From positions 7,820 to 71,819 of the forward strand of contig CACYGT010000001.1 in NCBI GenBank assembly GCA_902774075.1: a DNA stretch of 64,000 nucleotides, given 5' to 3'. The notes beneath the pieces are model-generated. The model did no database searches. It was not told the DNA's origin and was given only the letters and a program-made list of their open reading frames with translations. Positions 42,280 to 51,179 of this stretch are shown here, in pieces. The stretch's first letter is position 1, and each line of letters starts with the position of its first letter. A program made the position numbers and the translations under genes. This stretch comes from an uncultured Bacteroidales bacterium. Its GTDB lineage: Bacteria; Bacteroidota; Bacteroidia; Bacteroidales; Paludibacteraceae.

Positions 42280-43881
42280 ATGAAAAACGTAGTAAAGTAT
42301 TTATGTATCGTATCGGTGGTAATAGCTTTTGCGTCGTGCCAACAGCGTGAGTTGAACACCCGTGTTAGCAACACTACCGGTTGGAACTATTTTGATCAGA
42401 AGACCACTAACTTCCAGGCTAACGAAGGCGTGGGAAATGTCAATCCTGTCGGAATGATACCTATTCAGGGTGGTTCGTTCACCGTAGGCGAGAAGGATGA
42501 GTTCATCACTGCTCCGCGTAACAACGAGACGCGTACGCTGACCGTTAGTTCGTTCTACATGGACAAATACGAGATCACCAACCTGAACTGGAACGAGTAC
42601 CTGCACTGGTTAGAAGTTGTCTTTGGCCCGGTAGCACCGGAGTTGGTTGCTCAAGCTCGTCCCGACCACACCGTATGGCGTGAGGACCTGGCATACAATG
42701 ATCCGTACGAGGATAACTATTTTGATCATCCTGCGTTCTCTTTCTATCCTATCGTAGGTGTTACATGGGAGCAAGCGATGGCTTATTGCCAGTGGCGTAC
42801 CGACCGTGTGAACGAGATGGCGCTTATCAATGCCGGCGCTATCACAGTGCCTGCTTTCGGTGACTTGCAGCCGACAGACGACGAGACCGAGAAATCGGAG
42901 TGGGAGCAAGAGACCGGTTACGAGATGTACTCGTACGAAGAGGTAAGCCCCGAGGATCCTACCCAGCAGGTGACGATGTATCGCCCAAGCTATGAGTGGA
43001 TTCGCGATAAGTTTGTGTTCAACACCGAGAAATATCTGTTGGACGACACCTACGTACCTGAGTTCGGCCGTCATCCGAAACGTGACAGCTATGGTGCGGA
43101 GCGCAAGGTCAACAGAGCCGACGGTATCTTTGTTACCGGCTATCGTCTGCCGACTGAGGCGGAATGGGAGTTTGCTGCATACGCACCTGTTGCCGGCGAA
43201 GACGGTTTGACCGTGGAGGGTAAGATATATCCGTGGTCGGGCTATCATCCGCGCGAGATGTCGAAGAGAAACATCGGTCAGATGCAGGCTAACTTCGTTC
43301 GCGGTCGTGGCGACATGATGGGTGTGAGCGGTGCGCTCAATGACGGTCATGTGATCACCAACGCCGTAGATGCTTTTGCTCCAAACGACTTCGGTCTGTA
43401 TAACATGGCAGGTAATGTGAACGAATGGGTGCTCGATGTATACCGTGAGACCACCTATCAGGACATCAGCGAGTATAACGCTTACCGCGGTAACATCTAC
43501 AGCAAACCGGTAGCTAATGCGAACGGCAAATACGAGCTTGACTCCGTAGGCTGCATCAAGCTCTCTTGGGACAAAGAGGATGACAAACGTGACGTGCTGG
43601 ATGGTGATTGGTCCAGTAAGTTCGACACCGATTATCCGCTGGACACCACGGGTATTGAGAATCCGGCTGCCGTTAAGATTGACCCGACCGATATCCTTGC
43701 ACCGCGGGTAACCAAGAAGAGCCGCGTGTACAAAGGTGGTTCGTGGGCTGACCGTATCTACTGGCTCAACCCGTCCACTCGCCGTTATCTAGACCAAGAC
43801 AAGGCTTCGTCTAAGATCGGTTTCCGTTGTGCTATGTCCACGCTGGGCAACCAGATTCCGGGCGTAGTAGCTACTAGATAA
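42280..43881 (+). CDS. gldJ: FGE-sulfatase (SUMF1-like) domain lipoprotein of the GldJ/GldK family, likely GldJ
   Basis: 533 aa. Lipobox FASC, then NTTGWNYFD and IQGGSFTVG, YMDKYEITNLNW, WEFAA, RVYKGGSW, GFRC. It is not followed by porL/M/N-like genes, so GldJ-like rather than PorK. Not search-verified. Confidence 0.6.
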   Translation: MKNVVKYLCIVSVVIAFASCQQRELNTRVSNTTGWNYFDQKTTNFQANEGVGNVNPVGMIPIQGGSFTVGEKDEFITAPRNNETRTLTVSSFYMDKYEITNLNWNEYLHWLEVVFGPVAPELVAQARPDHTVWREDLAYNDPYEDNYFDHPAFSFYPIVGVTWEQAMAYCQWRTDRVNEMALINAGAITVPAFGDLQPTDDETEKSEWEQETGYEMYSYEEVSPEDPTQQVTMYRPSYEWIRDKFVFNTEKYLLDDTYVPEFGRHPKRDSYGAERKVNRADGIFVTGYRLPTEAEWEFAAYAPVAGEDGLTVEGKIYPWSGYHPREMSKRNIGQMQANFVRGRGDMMGVSGALNDGHVITNAVDAFAPNDFGLYNMAGNVNEWVLDVYRETTYQDISEYNAYRGNIYSKPVANANGKYELDSVGCIKLSWDKEDDKRDVLDGDWSSKFDTDYPLDTTGIENPAAVKIDPTDILAPRVTKKSRVYKGGSWADRIYWLNPSTRRYLDQDKASSKIGFRCAMSTLGNQIPGVVATR

Positions 43882-43906
43882 GTATCAAATTTAAACACAT
43901 AGCATT

Positions 43907-44281
43907 ATGAATTTTCCTGTAGATATTCGCTATACAAGCGAGCATGAATGGATTCGCGTAGAGGGTGATGAAGCGTTTGTCGGCATCACGGACTACGCGC
44001 AATCGGAGTTAGGCGAGATTGTTTTCATCGACGTGCCCACATTGGGTGAGACGGTTGGTCAAGGCGAGGTGTTCGGTTCTATCGAAGCCGTTAAGACGGT
44101 CAGCGACCTCAATATGCCTGTTACGGGCGAGGTGCTCGAGATCAACGGTGCGCTGGATGCACAGCCGGAGTTGGTGAACAACGACCCGTACGGAGAAGGT
44201 TGGATCATCCGCATCGCTGTCAAAGATGCAGCTGAGTTGGAGAGTCTGATGGACGCTAAGGCTTACCAAGCGATCCTCTAA
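43907..44281 (+). CDS. gcvH: Glycine cleavage system protein H
   Basis: 124 aa. VGITDYAQSELGEIVFID, lipoyl-lysine context IEAVKTVSDL, DPYGEGWII. Confidence 0.95.
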   Translation: MNFPVDIRYTSEHEWIRVEGDEAFVGITDYAQSELGEIVFIDVPTLGETVGQGEVFGSIEAVKTVSDLNMPVTGEVLEINGALDAQPELVNNDPYGEGWIIRIAVKDAAELESLMDAKAYQAIL

Positions 44282-44307
44282 TTCACATCGATTGTATATT
44301 CAATCAG

Positions 44308-44333
44308 TGGAGTCGCTTCGTGCGACTCCATTT
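44308..44333 (+). terminator. Intrinsic terminator after gcvH
   Basis: TGGAGTCGC-ttcgt-GCGACTCCA followed by TTT. Confidence 0.75.
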
Positions 44334-44353
44334 GATATAGAAAGCAATAGCAC

Positions 44354-45187
44354 ATGCGCAAAGCTCTTACCCAACTTCTTGTTTGGCTCGGTATCATGGC
44401 CGGGTTGACACTTCTGTCTGTCGTCATCTGGATGCTTTTCTGGGGCGGTTCATCCACCACATCGCTCAAGTGGATGCAATGTCTGCAGGCAGTCGGTTCT
44501 TTCCTGTTTCCTCCGCTCTTATGCGCGTGGATGTGGGCAGATAATCATCGCCCGTTTGTATGGCTGAAGATGGACAAGTGTCTGTCCTGGCAAGAAGCAC
44601 TGCTCGCGGTGGCTATCATGGTGTGTGCTATACCGGCTATCAACCTACTGGCTGACTGGAACAGCCAGATCGTACTGCCGGATTGCCTTAAGGGTTTCGA
44701 GCAATGGGCCAAGCAGCAGGAAGAGACAGCGGCTCGCCTGACGGAGCGGTTCTTAAAGGCCGATAACGTTGGTGTATTACTGATTAATATAGGTCTGATG
44801 GCACTCTTGCCGGCCATAGCAGAAGAGTTGTCTTTCCGCGGTACGCTGCAGCAGATCTTCGGGAATCAACATGCAGCTATATGGACCACCGCCATCATCT
44901 TCTCTGCCATCCATATGCAGTTTTACGGTTTCATCCCGCGCATGCTGATGGGCGCCATGTTCGGCTATGTCTTTGTGTGGACAGGCAATCTGTGGGTGCC
45001 GATCCTGATGCATTTCACCAACAACGGCTTGGCGGTGCTGGTCTATTATCTCGTTGGCGAGAGTGCAGACGGCAAAAATTATGCCGACACGATAGGTGCC
45101 GGCACAACTTGGTGGTTAGGCTTGATAAGCCTGGTGATTACATCTCTGGGTCTACTAATATTCTACCGCAGAACTCACACACGATGA
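44354..45187 (+). CDS. CPBP-family intramembrane glutamic endopeptidase (CAAX protease / Abi family)
   Basis: 277 aa, multi-TM. Motifs AIAEELSFRGTLQ, FSAIHMQ, HFTNN. Confidence 0.85.
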   Translation: MRKALTQLLVWLGIMAGLTLLSVVIWMLFWGGSSTTSLKWMQCLQAVGSFLFPPLLCAWMWADNHRPFVWLKMDKCLSWQEALLAVAIMVCAIPAINLLADWNSQIVLPDCLKGFEQWAKQQEETAARLTERFLKADNVGVLLINIGLMALLPAIAEELSFRGTLQQIFGNQHAAIWTTAIIFSAIHMQFYGFIPRMLMGAMFGYVFVWTGNLWVPILMHFTNNGLAVLVYYLVGESADGKNYADTIGAGTTWWLGLISLVITSLGLLIFYRRTHTR

Positions 45188-45872
45188 TTTTCTTGCGTGT
45201 GCGGATGTCGAGTTGCTGCTGAGCAGGTATCTTCGCGTGGCAACCTCCGCACGAGTCGCGCTCTACCTTCACCACTGCCAAGCCGTTGTGGGCATTCTTA
45301 CGAATACGCTTAAAACCGGCTAACAGACGCTCGTCGATCTTCTTCTCCAACTCGCTGGCACGAAGGATCAGTGCCTCGGTCTCAGATTTGGTCTCAGCCA
45401 AGATCTGGTCCAACTCAGAACGTTTCTGATTCAGATCTACCGTACGCTCCTCGATGTCCTTGGTCGTTTTGGCCTTATCTGCCATACGTGCCTCGAGTTC
45501 GGCCGTGTAATGTTTGATCTTACGCTGACTCGCTTCGATCTCCAACTCCTGATACTCAATCTCTTTGTTCAAATTATCGAACTCGCGATTGTTACGTACG
45601 CTGTTCTGCTGCTCTTTGTAACGCGAGATAGATGCATTCGCATTCTCGGTACGTACGCGGTGGTCAGAAATCTGCGTCTCGCACTCTTTGATTTCGTTCT
45701 CGATATTAGCTAGACGGGTCTTAAGACCTTCTACTTCGTCTGCCATATCTTTTACTTCTTGGGGCAGTTCGCCTGCAAGGGTACGCAGTGCATCAATTTT
45801 AGAATCTACTTGCTGCAGTTCATAGAGGATCTTCAGTTTATCCTCAACGGTCAATTCTTTTGTTCTTGCCAT
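45138..45872 (-). CDS. Coiled-coil protein with C-terminal C4 zinc ribbon (DUF164-like, usual Nif3 neighbour)
   Basis: 244 aa. Long heptad-like region, then CGGCHAKIP...CEFCGRIL. Confidence 0.75.
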   Translation of the reverse strand: MARTKELTVEDKLKILYELQQVDSKIDALRTLAGELPQEVKDMADEVEGLKTRLANIENEIKECETQISDHRVRTENANASISRYKEQQNSVRNNREFDNLNKEIEYQELEIEASQRKIKHYTAELEARMADKAKTTKDIEERTVDLNQKRSELDQILAETKSETEALILRASELEKKIDERLLAGFKRIRKNAHNGLAVVKVERDSCGGCHAKIPAQQQLDIRTRKKIIVCEFCGRILVDPEM

Positions 45873-46648
45873 AATTGTATTGGTGTTTTATCTTGTTTGC
45901 TAATGATACATTGTACGCCGAGCGGCTCTATGATATCTCTAAATATCTCCCGTGCATGGCGCTCGGATATCCAGTGGTCGATGTCTACCAGCCCGATCTG
46001 TCCTTCAGCGTCCTGGAACTCATGGTACTTGCAGTCGGCAGTCAGATACGCATCAGCGCCTTGCGCTATCGCTTCGGGGATGAACTCCGCTCCGCTTCCA
46101 CCGCACAGTGCCACGGTCTCTACCATCTCTTTTTTCGGGCGCGTGTAGCGCATGTACGTACATTGTAAAGTTTCGCGTACATGCGCGAGAAAAGCGTCAT
46201 AAGCCATCGGTTGCGACAGTTTGCCGATAATACCGAGTCCTGTCGGGATACCGGTATGCTGGGATCCCGGTATAAGAATCCGCTGCTCCACAATACCTAG
46301 TTTGTCAGCCAAACGCGTATTGATACCTCCTATGACGGAATCAAGACTCGTATGCGCCGAATAGATGGCGATATCGTGCTTGACAGCCATCTCTACGACC
46401 TTAGCCTGCGGCGTTTGTCCGCACACTTGTTTGAGTCCGTGAAAAAGAAGTGGATGATGAGACACTATCAATTGGCAACTGCATAGAATAGCCTCACTGA
46501 CCACATCCTGTGTTACGTCTGTGGTCAAGAGAACGGACTGGATGTCTCGTCCCGTGTCACCTACCTGCATTCCCGAGTTATCCCACTCCTCCTGGGCACT
46601 CCGTGGCGCTACAGATTCTATGCTATTGATAATGGCTCGTAAGAGCAC
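45851..46648 (-). CDS. Nif3-like dinuclear metal-centre protein (GTP cyclohydrolase 1 type 2 homolog)
   Basis: 265 aa. ..EEWDNSGMQVGD.., VSHHPLLF, AIYSAHTSLD, TADCKYHEF. GTG start abutting the stop of the upstream gene. Confidence 0.85.
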   Translation of the reverse strand: MLLRAIINSIESVAPRSAQEEWDNSGMQVGDTGRDIQSVLLTTDVTQDVVSEAILCSCQLIVSHHPLLFHGLKQVCGQTPQAKVVEMAVKHDIAIYSAHTSLDSVIGGINTRLADKLGIVEQRILIPGSQHTGIPTGLGIIGKLSQPMAYDAFLAHVRETLQCTYMRYTRPKKEMVETVALCGGSGAEFIPEAIAQGADAYLTADCKYHEFQDAEGQIGLVDIDHWISERHAREIFRDIIEPLGVQCIISKQDKTPIQLWQEQKN

Positions 46649-47071
46649 TTATTTCGCTTCCTCTTCAGCGGCTTCTTCTTCCACGGTGAAGTCCGTGATG
46701 CCCGCATGAATGAGGATATTATACCACTGGATCAGTTTGCGTATATCCGAAGGATAGACACGGTCGCGGTCCCACTCGGGAAGCACCTCGTCAAACCAAG
46801 CCTGCAACTCCGCATTGCTCGCTTTCTTCGGTTCTAACGCCACTTCTTTCAATCCCTCTTTCTTGCCGGCATTGATCAGCACTTCGCTCAAAGGTACATC
46901 GTCGGCATTGGTGAACATCGACACATCGCTCAACGCAACGATCTTATCACGTGCATAAGTAGGCATACGTTTACCGTCCACAAGCGACTCAACAATCAGC
47001 ATGTTCGTACCACGACTAACCAGTTTGTACAAACCCGGTTTACCGGTAATTGCAAGGATATTTTTCAACAT
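46649..47071 (-). CDS. Conserved Bacteroidetes protein (DUF5606-like)
   Basis: 140 aa. MLKNILAITGKPGLYKLVSRGTNMLIVESL... matches my recollection of the DUF5606 family. Unverified. Confidence 0.55.
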   Translation of the reverse strand: MLKNILAITGKPGLYKLVSRGTNMLIVESLVDGKRMPTYARDKIVALSDVSMFTNADDVPLSEVLINAGKKEGLKEVALEPKKASNAELQAWFDEVLPEWDRDRVYPSDIRKLIQWYNILIHAGITDFTVEEEAAEEEAK

Positions 47072-47100
47072 AAACGGTTGCTCTTTTTAAAAATCGGCTG

Positions 47101-47132
47101 CAAAATTAGTAAAAAAATATCACATACGCAAG
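47101..47132 (-). promoter_or_regulatory. Sigma-A type promoter for the 47071..45138 minus-strand unit
   Basis: Reverse complement reads CTTGCGTATGTGATATTTTTTTACTAATTTTG. The -7 box TAATTTTG is at 47101-47108. Confidence 0.6.
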
Positions 47133-47148
47133 AGTAAGCAAAAAAATA

Positions 47149-47180
47149 TTTGCATATATCAAAATTTTGTAGTAAATTTG
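47149..47180 (+). promoter_or_regulatory. Sigma-A type promoter for the long + strand array starting at 47230
   Basis: TTTGCATAT at 47149-47157 and TAAATTTG at 47173-47180, 20-nt spacer. Confidence 0.6.
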
Positions 47181-47229
47181 CAGCCAAATTGAGAGAAATC
47201 AATACAAGATACAACAAATCATAGCGATT

Positions 47230-47781
47230 ATGGTATATAAATTTACTTTTTCTTGCGAAGAGGGTGACCCCAGTTTCCGCCGCGTTTTTGAGGCAGACTC
47301 CGATGCTACTTTCCTGCAGTTACACGAAGCTATCTTGAAGAGTGTCGGCTATCCGGATGACCAGATGACCTCTTTCTTCCTGTGCAACGATGAGTGGGAG
47401 AAAGGCCAGGAGGTGACATTGGTCGAGATGGGTTCGAACTTCGAGTATGACAACATGGTCATGAACGAGACACGTCTGAGCGACCTGATTGAGGAGCAGG
47501 GCCAGCGCCTTATCTACATCTTTGACCCGATGTTTGAGCGCTATTTCTTCGGTAGCCTGAAGGAGATCAAACCGGGTTCGATGAATGGCGTGGAGTGCGT
47601 AGAGTCCAAGGGGAAAGCGCCCAAACAGCTCAAATCGGAAGACCCATTAGCCGGCCTTGGAGGCAAAGGCGGGGATGACGATTTCATGCTGGATGACGAG
47701 TTCAAAGACGAGTACGACCTCGGCGACATCGACATGGAAGGCTTCCAAGACTTGTCCTTTGATGATGGAACAATGTTTTAA
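47230..47781 (+). CDS. Hypothetical protein (183 aa) with an acidic C-terminal tail
   Basis: Clean ORF downstream of the promoter. The N-domain FRRVFEADSDATFLQLHEAILKSVGYPDDQMTSFF is vaguely like pRiA4b ORF-3-type domains. The C-terminus is D/E-rich. Confidence 0.55.
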   Translation: MVYKFTFSCEEGDPSFRRVFEADSDATFLQLHEAILKSVGYPDDQMTSFFLCNDEWEKGQEVTLVEMGSNFEYDNMVMNETRLSDLIEEQGQRLIYIFDPMFERYFFGSLKEIKPGSMNGVECVESKGKAPKQLKSEDPLAGLGGKGGDDDFMLDDEFKDEYDLGDIDMEGFQDLSFDDGTMF

Positions 47782-48700
47782 AACATTGTTGCTCATACTA
47801 GGCCCTACAGGAGTCGGCAAGACGGAGTTGTCCTTGCGGGTCGCGGAGCATTACGCCTGTCCGATTCTCAACTGTGACAGCCGTCAGATTTATCGCGGGA
47901 TACCGATAGGGACAGCCGCTCCCACCGCCGAAGATCAAGCGCGGGTAAAGCATTATTTTGTAGCTACGCGAGACCTGGAGGAGGACTATAATGCCGGCCA
48001 GTATGAGCGGGACGCACTGACCCTCTTGGACGAATTGTTTAAGACCCACGATGTGGTGGTGATGACCGGAGGTTCTATGCTGTATGCGGATGCGGTATGT
48101 AAGGGATTGGACGATTTGCCGCAAGTTCCTTTTTCTATACGCGCGAGCGTGCAAGACGCGTACGAGAAGAACGGACTGGAGTGGCTTCAAGAGGAAGTGC
48201 AACGCTTGGATCCCGACTATTGGAACGAAGTGGACCAACAAAACCCGGCGCGCTTGGCGCATTGCATCGAGTTATGCCTGACAACCGGAAAACCCTACTC
48301 GTCACTGCGTACCAAGACCGCCAAACGACGACCGTTCCGTATCGTCAAGATAGGACTGGACAGGCCACGGGAGGAGTTATACGAACGCAACAATAGCCGC
48401 GTTCTGCAGATGATACAGGACGGGTTAGAGGACGAAGCGAAAGCGGTCTATGACAAGAGACATCTCAACAGCCTGCAGACCGTCGGATACCGCGAGATGT
48501 TCGGATACATAGCTGGGGAGTACGGGTTCGAAAGAGCGATAGAATTGATACAACAGAATACACGCCATTATGCCAAACGTCAATTGACGTGGTTTAGGCG
48601 AGACAAAGAGATACATTGGTTAAACGCCAACGATGAATATGAAAAAAACATACTTAGCATTGATGCTTTGCTGCACGCTGATAGCTTGTCAGAAGAATGA
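47762..48700 (+). CDS. miaA: tRNA dimethylallyltransferase MiaA
   Basis: Start MMEQCFKTLLLILGPTGVGKTELS (P-loop). CDSRQIYRGIPIGTAAPT, YAKRQLTWFRR. Overlaps the upstream gene by 20 nt. The longer ORF-track N-terminus is rejected. Confidence 0.9.
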   Translation: MMEQCFKTLLLILGPTGVGKTELSLRVAEHYACPILNCDSRQIYRGIPIGTAAPTAEDQARVKHYFVATRDLEEDYNAGQYERDALTLLDELFKTHDVVVMTGGSMLYADAVCKGLDDLPQVPFSIRASVQDAYEKNGLEWLQEEVQRLDPDYWNEVDQQNPARLAHCIELCLTTGKPYSSLRTKTAKRRPFRIVKIGLDRPREELYERNNSRVLQMIQDGLEDEAKAVYDKRHLNSLQTVGYREMFGYIAGEYGFERAIELIQQNTRHYAKRQLTWFRRDKEIHWLNANDEYEKNILSIDALLHADSLSEE

Positions 48701-49670
48701 CGTCAGCTTCACGTATAGCCCGGAGGCCCCCAAGGCCGGACAGAAGGTAAGTTTCACCAACCATACCACCACAGGTCAAGACTGGTCGTGGGACTTTGGT
48801 GATAATGGTACCTCCACGCTTAAGTCTCCTTCGCACACCTACAAGAAACCCGGCACGTACCGCGTGGTACTGAGGGTAGATAACAGGTCATATTGGACGG
48901 CAACGCAACAGATCACCGTTTATGACACCGTCCCTACCTTCACCTGCGAGGACTCCGTTTTCTATGTGTACAAGGATTTTACGTTCAAGGCAAACGTGTA
49001 TAACCCCTTCAACTACGACATCCAATATCAATGGGTCCTCAATACGGCCTATTGTCTGCCGGCAGATACCGCAGAGACCTATGACGGCTCTTCGATCTCT
49101 GTCTATTTCACACGACCCATGGACGAAGCGCTGCTGAGCTTACGTCTCACGATAGAGGGTGATACCATTCCCACTATCGAGAAGACCTTCCTTATTCAAG
49201 ACCGCCAGACGAACTCTCTCTTGTTCCGTACCCCTAATGGTGACTACCGTCAGCGTATCTTCAACAGCCGTGCGGAGGATCCGAAATTAGACGAATCCGG
49301 CTCGTATATACTGGATCTTGAGCAAGATACTTTCCAGACTTATAACGGACATGATTTTACTCTTAGTGAGATAAAGGAAGTATTCCCCGAAGTAGAAGGT
49401 TTCCATATCGCCAATCGTAAGATTTATTTGCGCGCAGAAGGCCTATGGGTAGCGAATATCGATGGTGCCAACCTGGTACAGATAGACGAGACTCCTTGTG
49501 CAGCTATGACGCTGGACACCAAAGACAGCCGTATCTATTGGGCGAATGAGAATGGAGTATGGGCGATGCCGTTTATCGGTTCGGATAACAACAAGTTCGT
49601 TTCGTCGCCTTACGCCTTGAATCCTATGACTAATGTAACTAAAATCGCTGTAGACAGCGAACCTAAATAA
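48633..49670 (+). CDS. PKD-domain lipoprotein with a C-terminal beta-propeller-like region
   Basis: MNMKKTYLALMLCCTLIAC lipobox. PKD signature VSFTNHTTTGQDWSWDFGDNGTSTLKSPSHTYKKPGTYRVVLRV. Start overlaps the miaA 3' end by 62-68 nt. Confidence 0.8.
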   Translation: MNMKKTYLALMLCCTLIACQKNDVSFTYSPEAPKAGQKVSFTNHTTTGQDWSWDFGDNGTSTLKSPSHTYKKPGTYRVVLRVDNRSYWTATQQITVYDTVPTFTCEDSVFYVYKDFTFKANVYNPFNYDIQYQWVLNTAYCLPADTAETYDGSSISVYFTRPMDEALLSLRLTIEGDTIPTIEKTFLIQDRQTNSLLFRTPNGDYRQRIFNSRAEDPKLDESGSYILDLEQDTFQTYNGHDFTLSEIKEVFPEVEGFHIANRKIYLRAEGLWVANIDGANLVQIDETPCAAMTLDTKDSRIYWANENGVWAMPFIGSDNNKFVSSPYALNPMTNVTKIAVDSEPK

Positions 49671-51179
49671 ATGCAACCGGATTATATTTTTGAAACATCT
49701 TGGGAAGTGTGCAACCGCGTAGGCGGTATCTATGCTGTGCTAAGTACACGCGCGGCTTCTATGCAAGCAGAGCATCCCGATAAGGTCTTTTTCTTCGGAC
49801 CGGACTTTGGCGATCATAGCGATATCTATTTTCGCGAAGACAAGACCCTGTTTAAAGAATGGAAGAAACCGGCAGATATCCCTGTTCGCATAGGCCGTTG
49901 GCAAGTGCCGGGTGAACCGATAGCTATCCTGCTTAAGTTCGATGCCCTATGGGCTAAGAAAGACGAGATTTATGCGTGGGCGTGGAACAAGTTCCAGGTG
50001 CAGAGCCACGCCGCTTACGGTGACTACGACGAGTCCTGTCTCTTCGGCTATGCCACCGGTATGGTCATGGAGAGTCTGTATAAATGCTTACCCAAAGGGC
50101 AAGTCTGCATGCACGCCAACGAGTGGCAAACGGCGTTCTCTATCTTCTATCTCCAGGACCACTGCCCGAAGATAGCAACACTCTTCACCACCCACGCCAC
50201 CGGTATCGGTCGATCGATCGCCGGCAATGGCAAACCCCTCTACGACTATTTCGAGGGCTATAACGGCGATCAAATGGCGTACGAACTGAATATGGTCAGC
50301 AAGCACTCCGTGGAGAAACAGGCTGCCCATTGGGCAGATTGCTTCACGACCGTGAGCGACATCACCGCCCGCGAGTGCATGCAACTGCTTGACAAACCCG
50401 TGGATATCGTTACGCCCAATGGTTTTGAGCCTACCTATGTGCCAAAAGGCAAGACTTTCGATGAGAAACGCAAAGTAGCGCGTGAGGCGCTGCATAAAGT
50501 GGCCGGTCAGTTGCTGGGCGGTGTCGTACCGCAGAACGCGTTGCTGGTCGGTATCTCCGGACGCCTGGAGGTAAAAAACAAAGGTATTGATGTGTTTGCT
50601 GAGGCTTTGGACAAACTGGCACAGAAAATCTACCATAGCGATCAACCGGAGAAAGAAGTGGTGGCTTTCGTCATGATTCCTTACCTCGATCGCGCACCTG
50701 CTCGTAAAGGCAAAGTGAGTGCGGTCTTTGTACCTTATTATCTCGATGGCCAGGATCCGCTCTTCGGCATGAAGTACTATGACCTGTTGCTCGGTTTGGA
50801 CGTCACCGTCTTTCCCTCGTACTACGAACCATGGGGTTATACGCCGCTAGAGTCCTGCGCTTTCCATGTGCCTACGATCACGACCTCACTGGCAGGCTTC
50901 GGTGCCTGGGCTTCACAACAGAAAGACCAATACGGCGTAGTGGTCATTGACCGCAATGACTCCAATTTTGATCAAGTGGCAGAACAGATAGCGGATAGCC
51001 TTTGGCGTTATGACCGTCTGTCGGGCGAAGAAAAAGCGCACGCACGCAAAGCGGCAGAGGCGATCGCTAAGAAAGCCGACTGGAAGCATTTCTTCAAATA
51101 CTACCGCAAAGCCTATGAGATAGCGCTTAAGAAAAGAGATAATCGAATCAACGAACTCCAAAATCCCAGATTATTATGA
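49671..51179 (+). CDS. Glycogen synthase-like glycosyltransferase (GT3-type, eukaryote-like)
   Basis: 502 aa. N-terminus FETSWEVCNRVGGIYAVLSTRA is typical of GT3 glycogen synthases. EPWGYTPLE is near the C-terminal Rossmann domain. Confidence 0.7.
   Translation: MQPDYIFETSWEVCNRVGGIYAVLSTRAASMQAEHPDKVFFFGPDFGDHSDIYFREDKTLFKEWKKPADIPVRIGRWQVPGEPIAILLKFDALWAKKDEIYAWAWNKFQVQSHAAYGDYDESCLFGYATGMVMESLYKCLPKGQVCMHANEWQTAFSIFYLQDHCPKIATLFTTHATGIGRSIAGNGKPLYDYFEGYNGDQMAYELNMVSKHSVEKQAAHWADCFTTVSDITARECMQLLDKPVDIVTPNGFEPTYVPKGKTFDEKRKVAREALHKVAGQLLGGVVPQNALLVGISGRLEVKNKGIDVFAEALDKLAQKIYHSDQPEKEVVAFVMIPYLDRAPARKGKVSAVFVPYYLDGQDPLFGMKYYDLLLGLDVTVFPSYYEPWGYTPLESCAFHVPTITTSLAGFGAWASQQKDQYGVVVIDRNDSNFDQVAEQIADSLWRYDRLSGEEKAHARKAAEAIAKKADWKHFFKYYRKAYEIALKKRDNRINELQNPRLL

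Noticed and set aside
47657-47761. N-terminal extension of the miaA ORF in the ORF track.
   Set aside because: The extension is out-of-frame overlap with the upstream gene's acidic tail. The MiaA P-loop context fits a start at 47762/47765.
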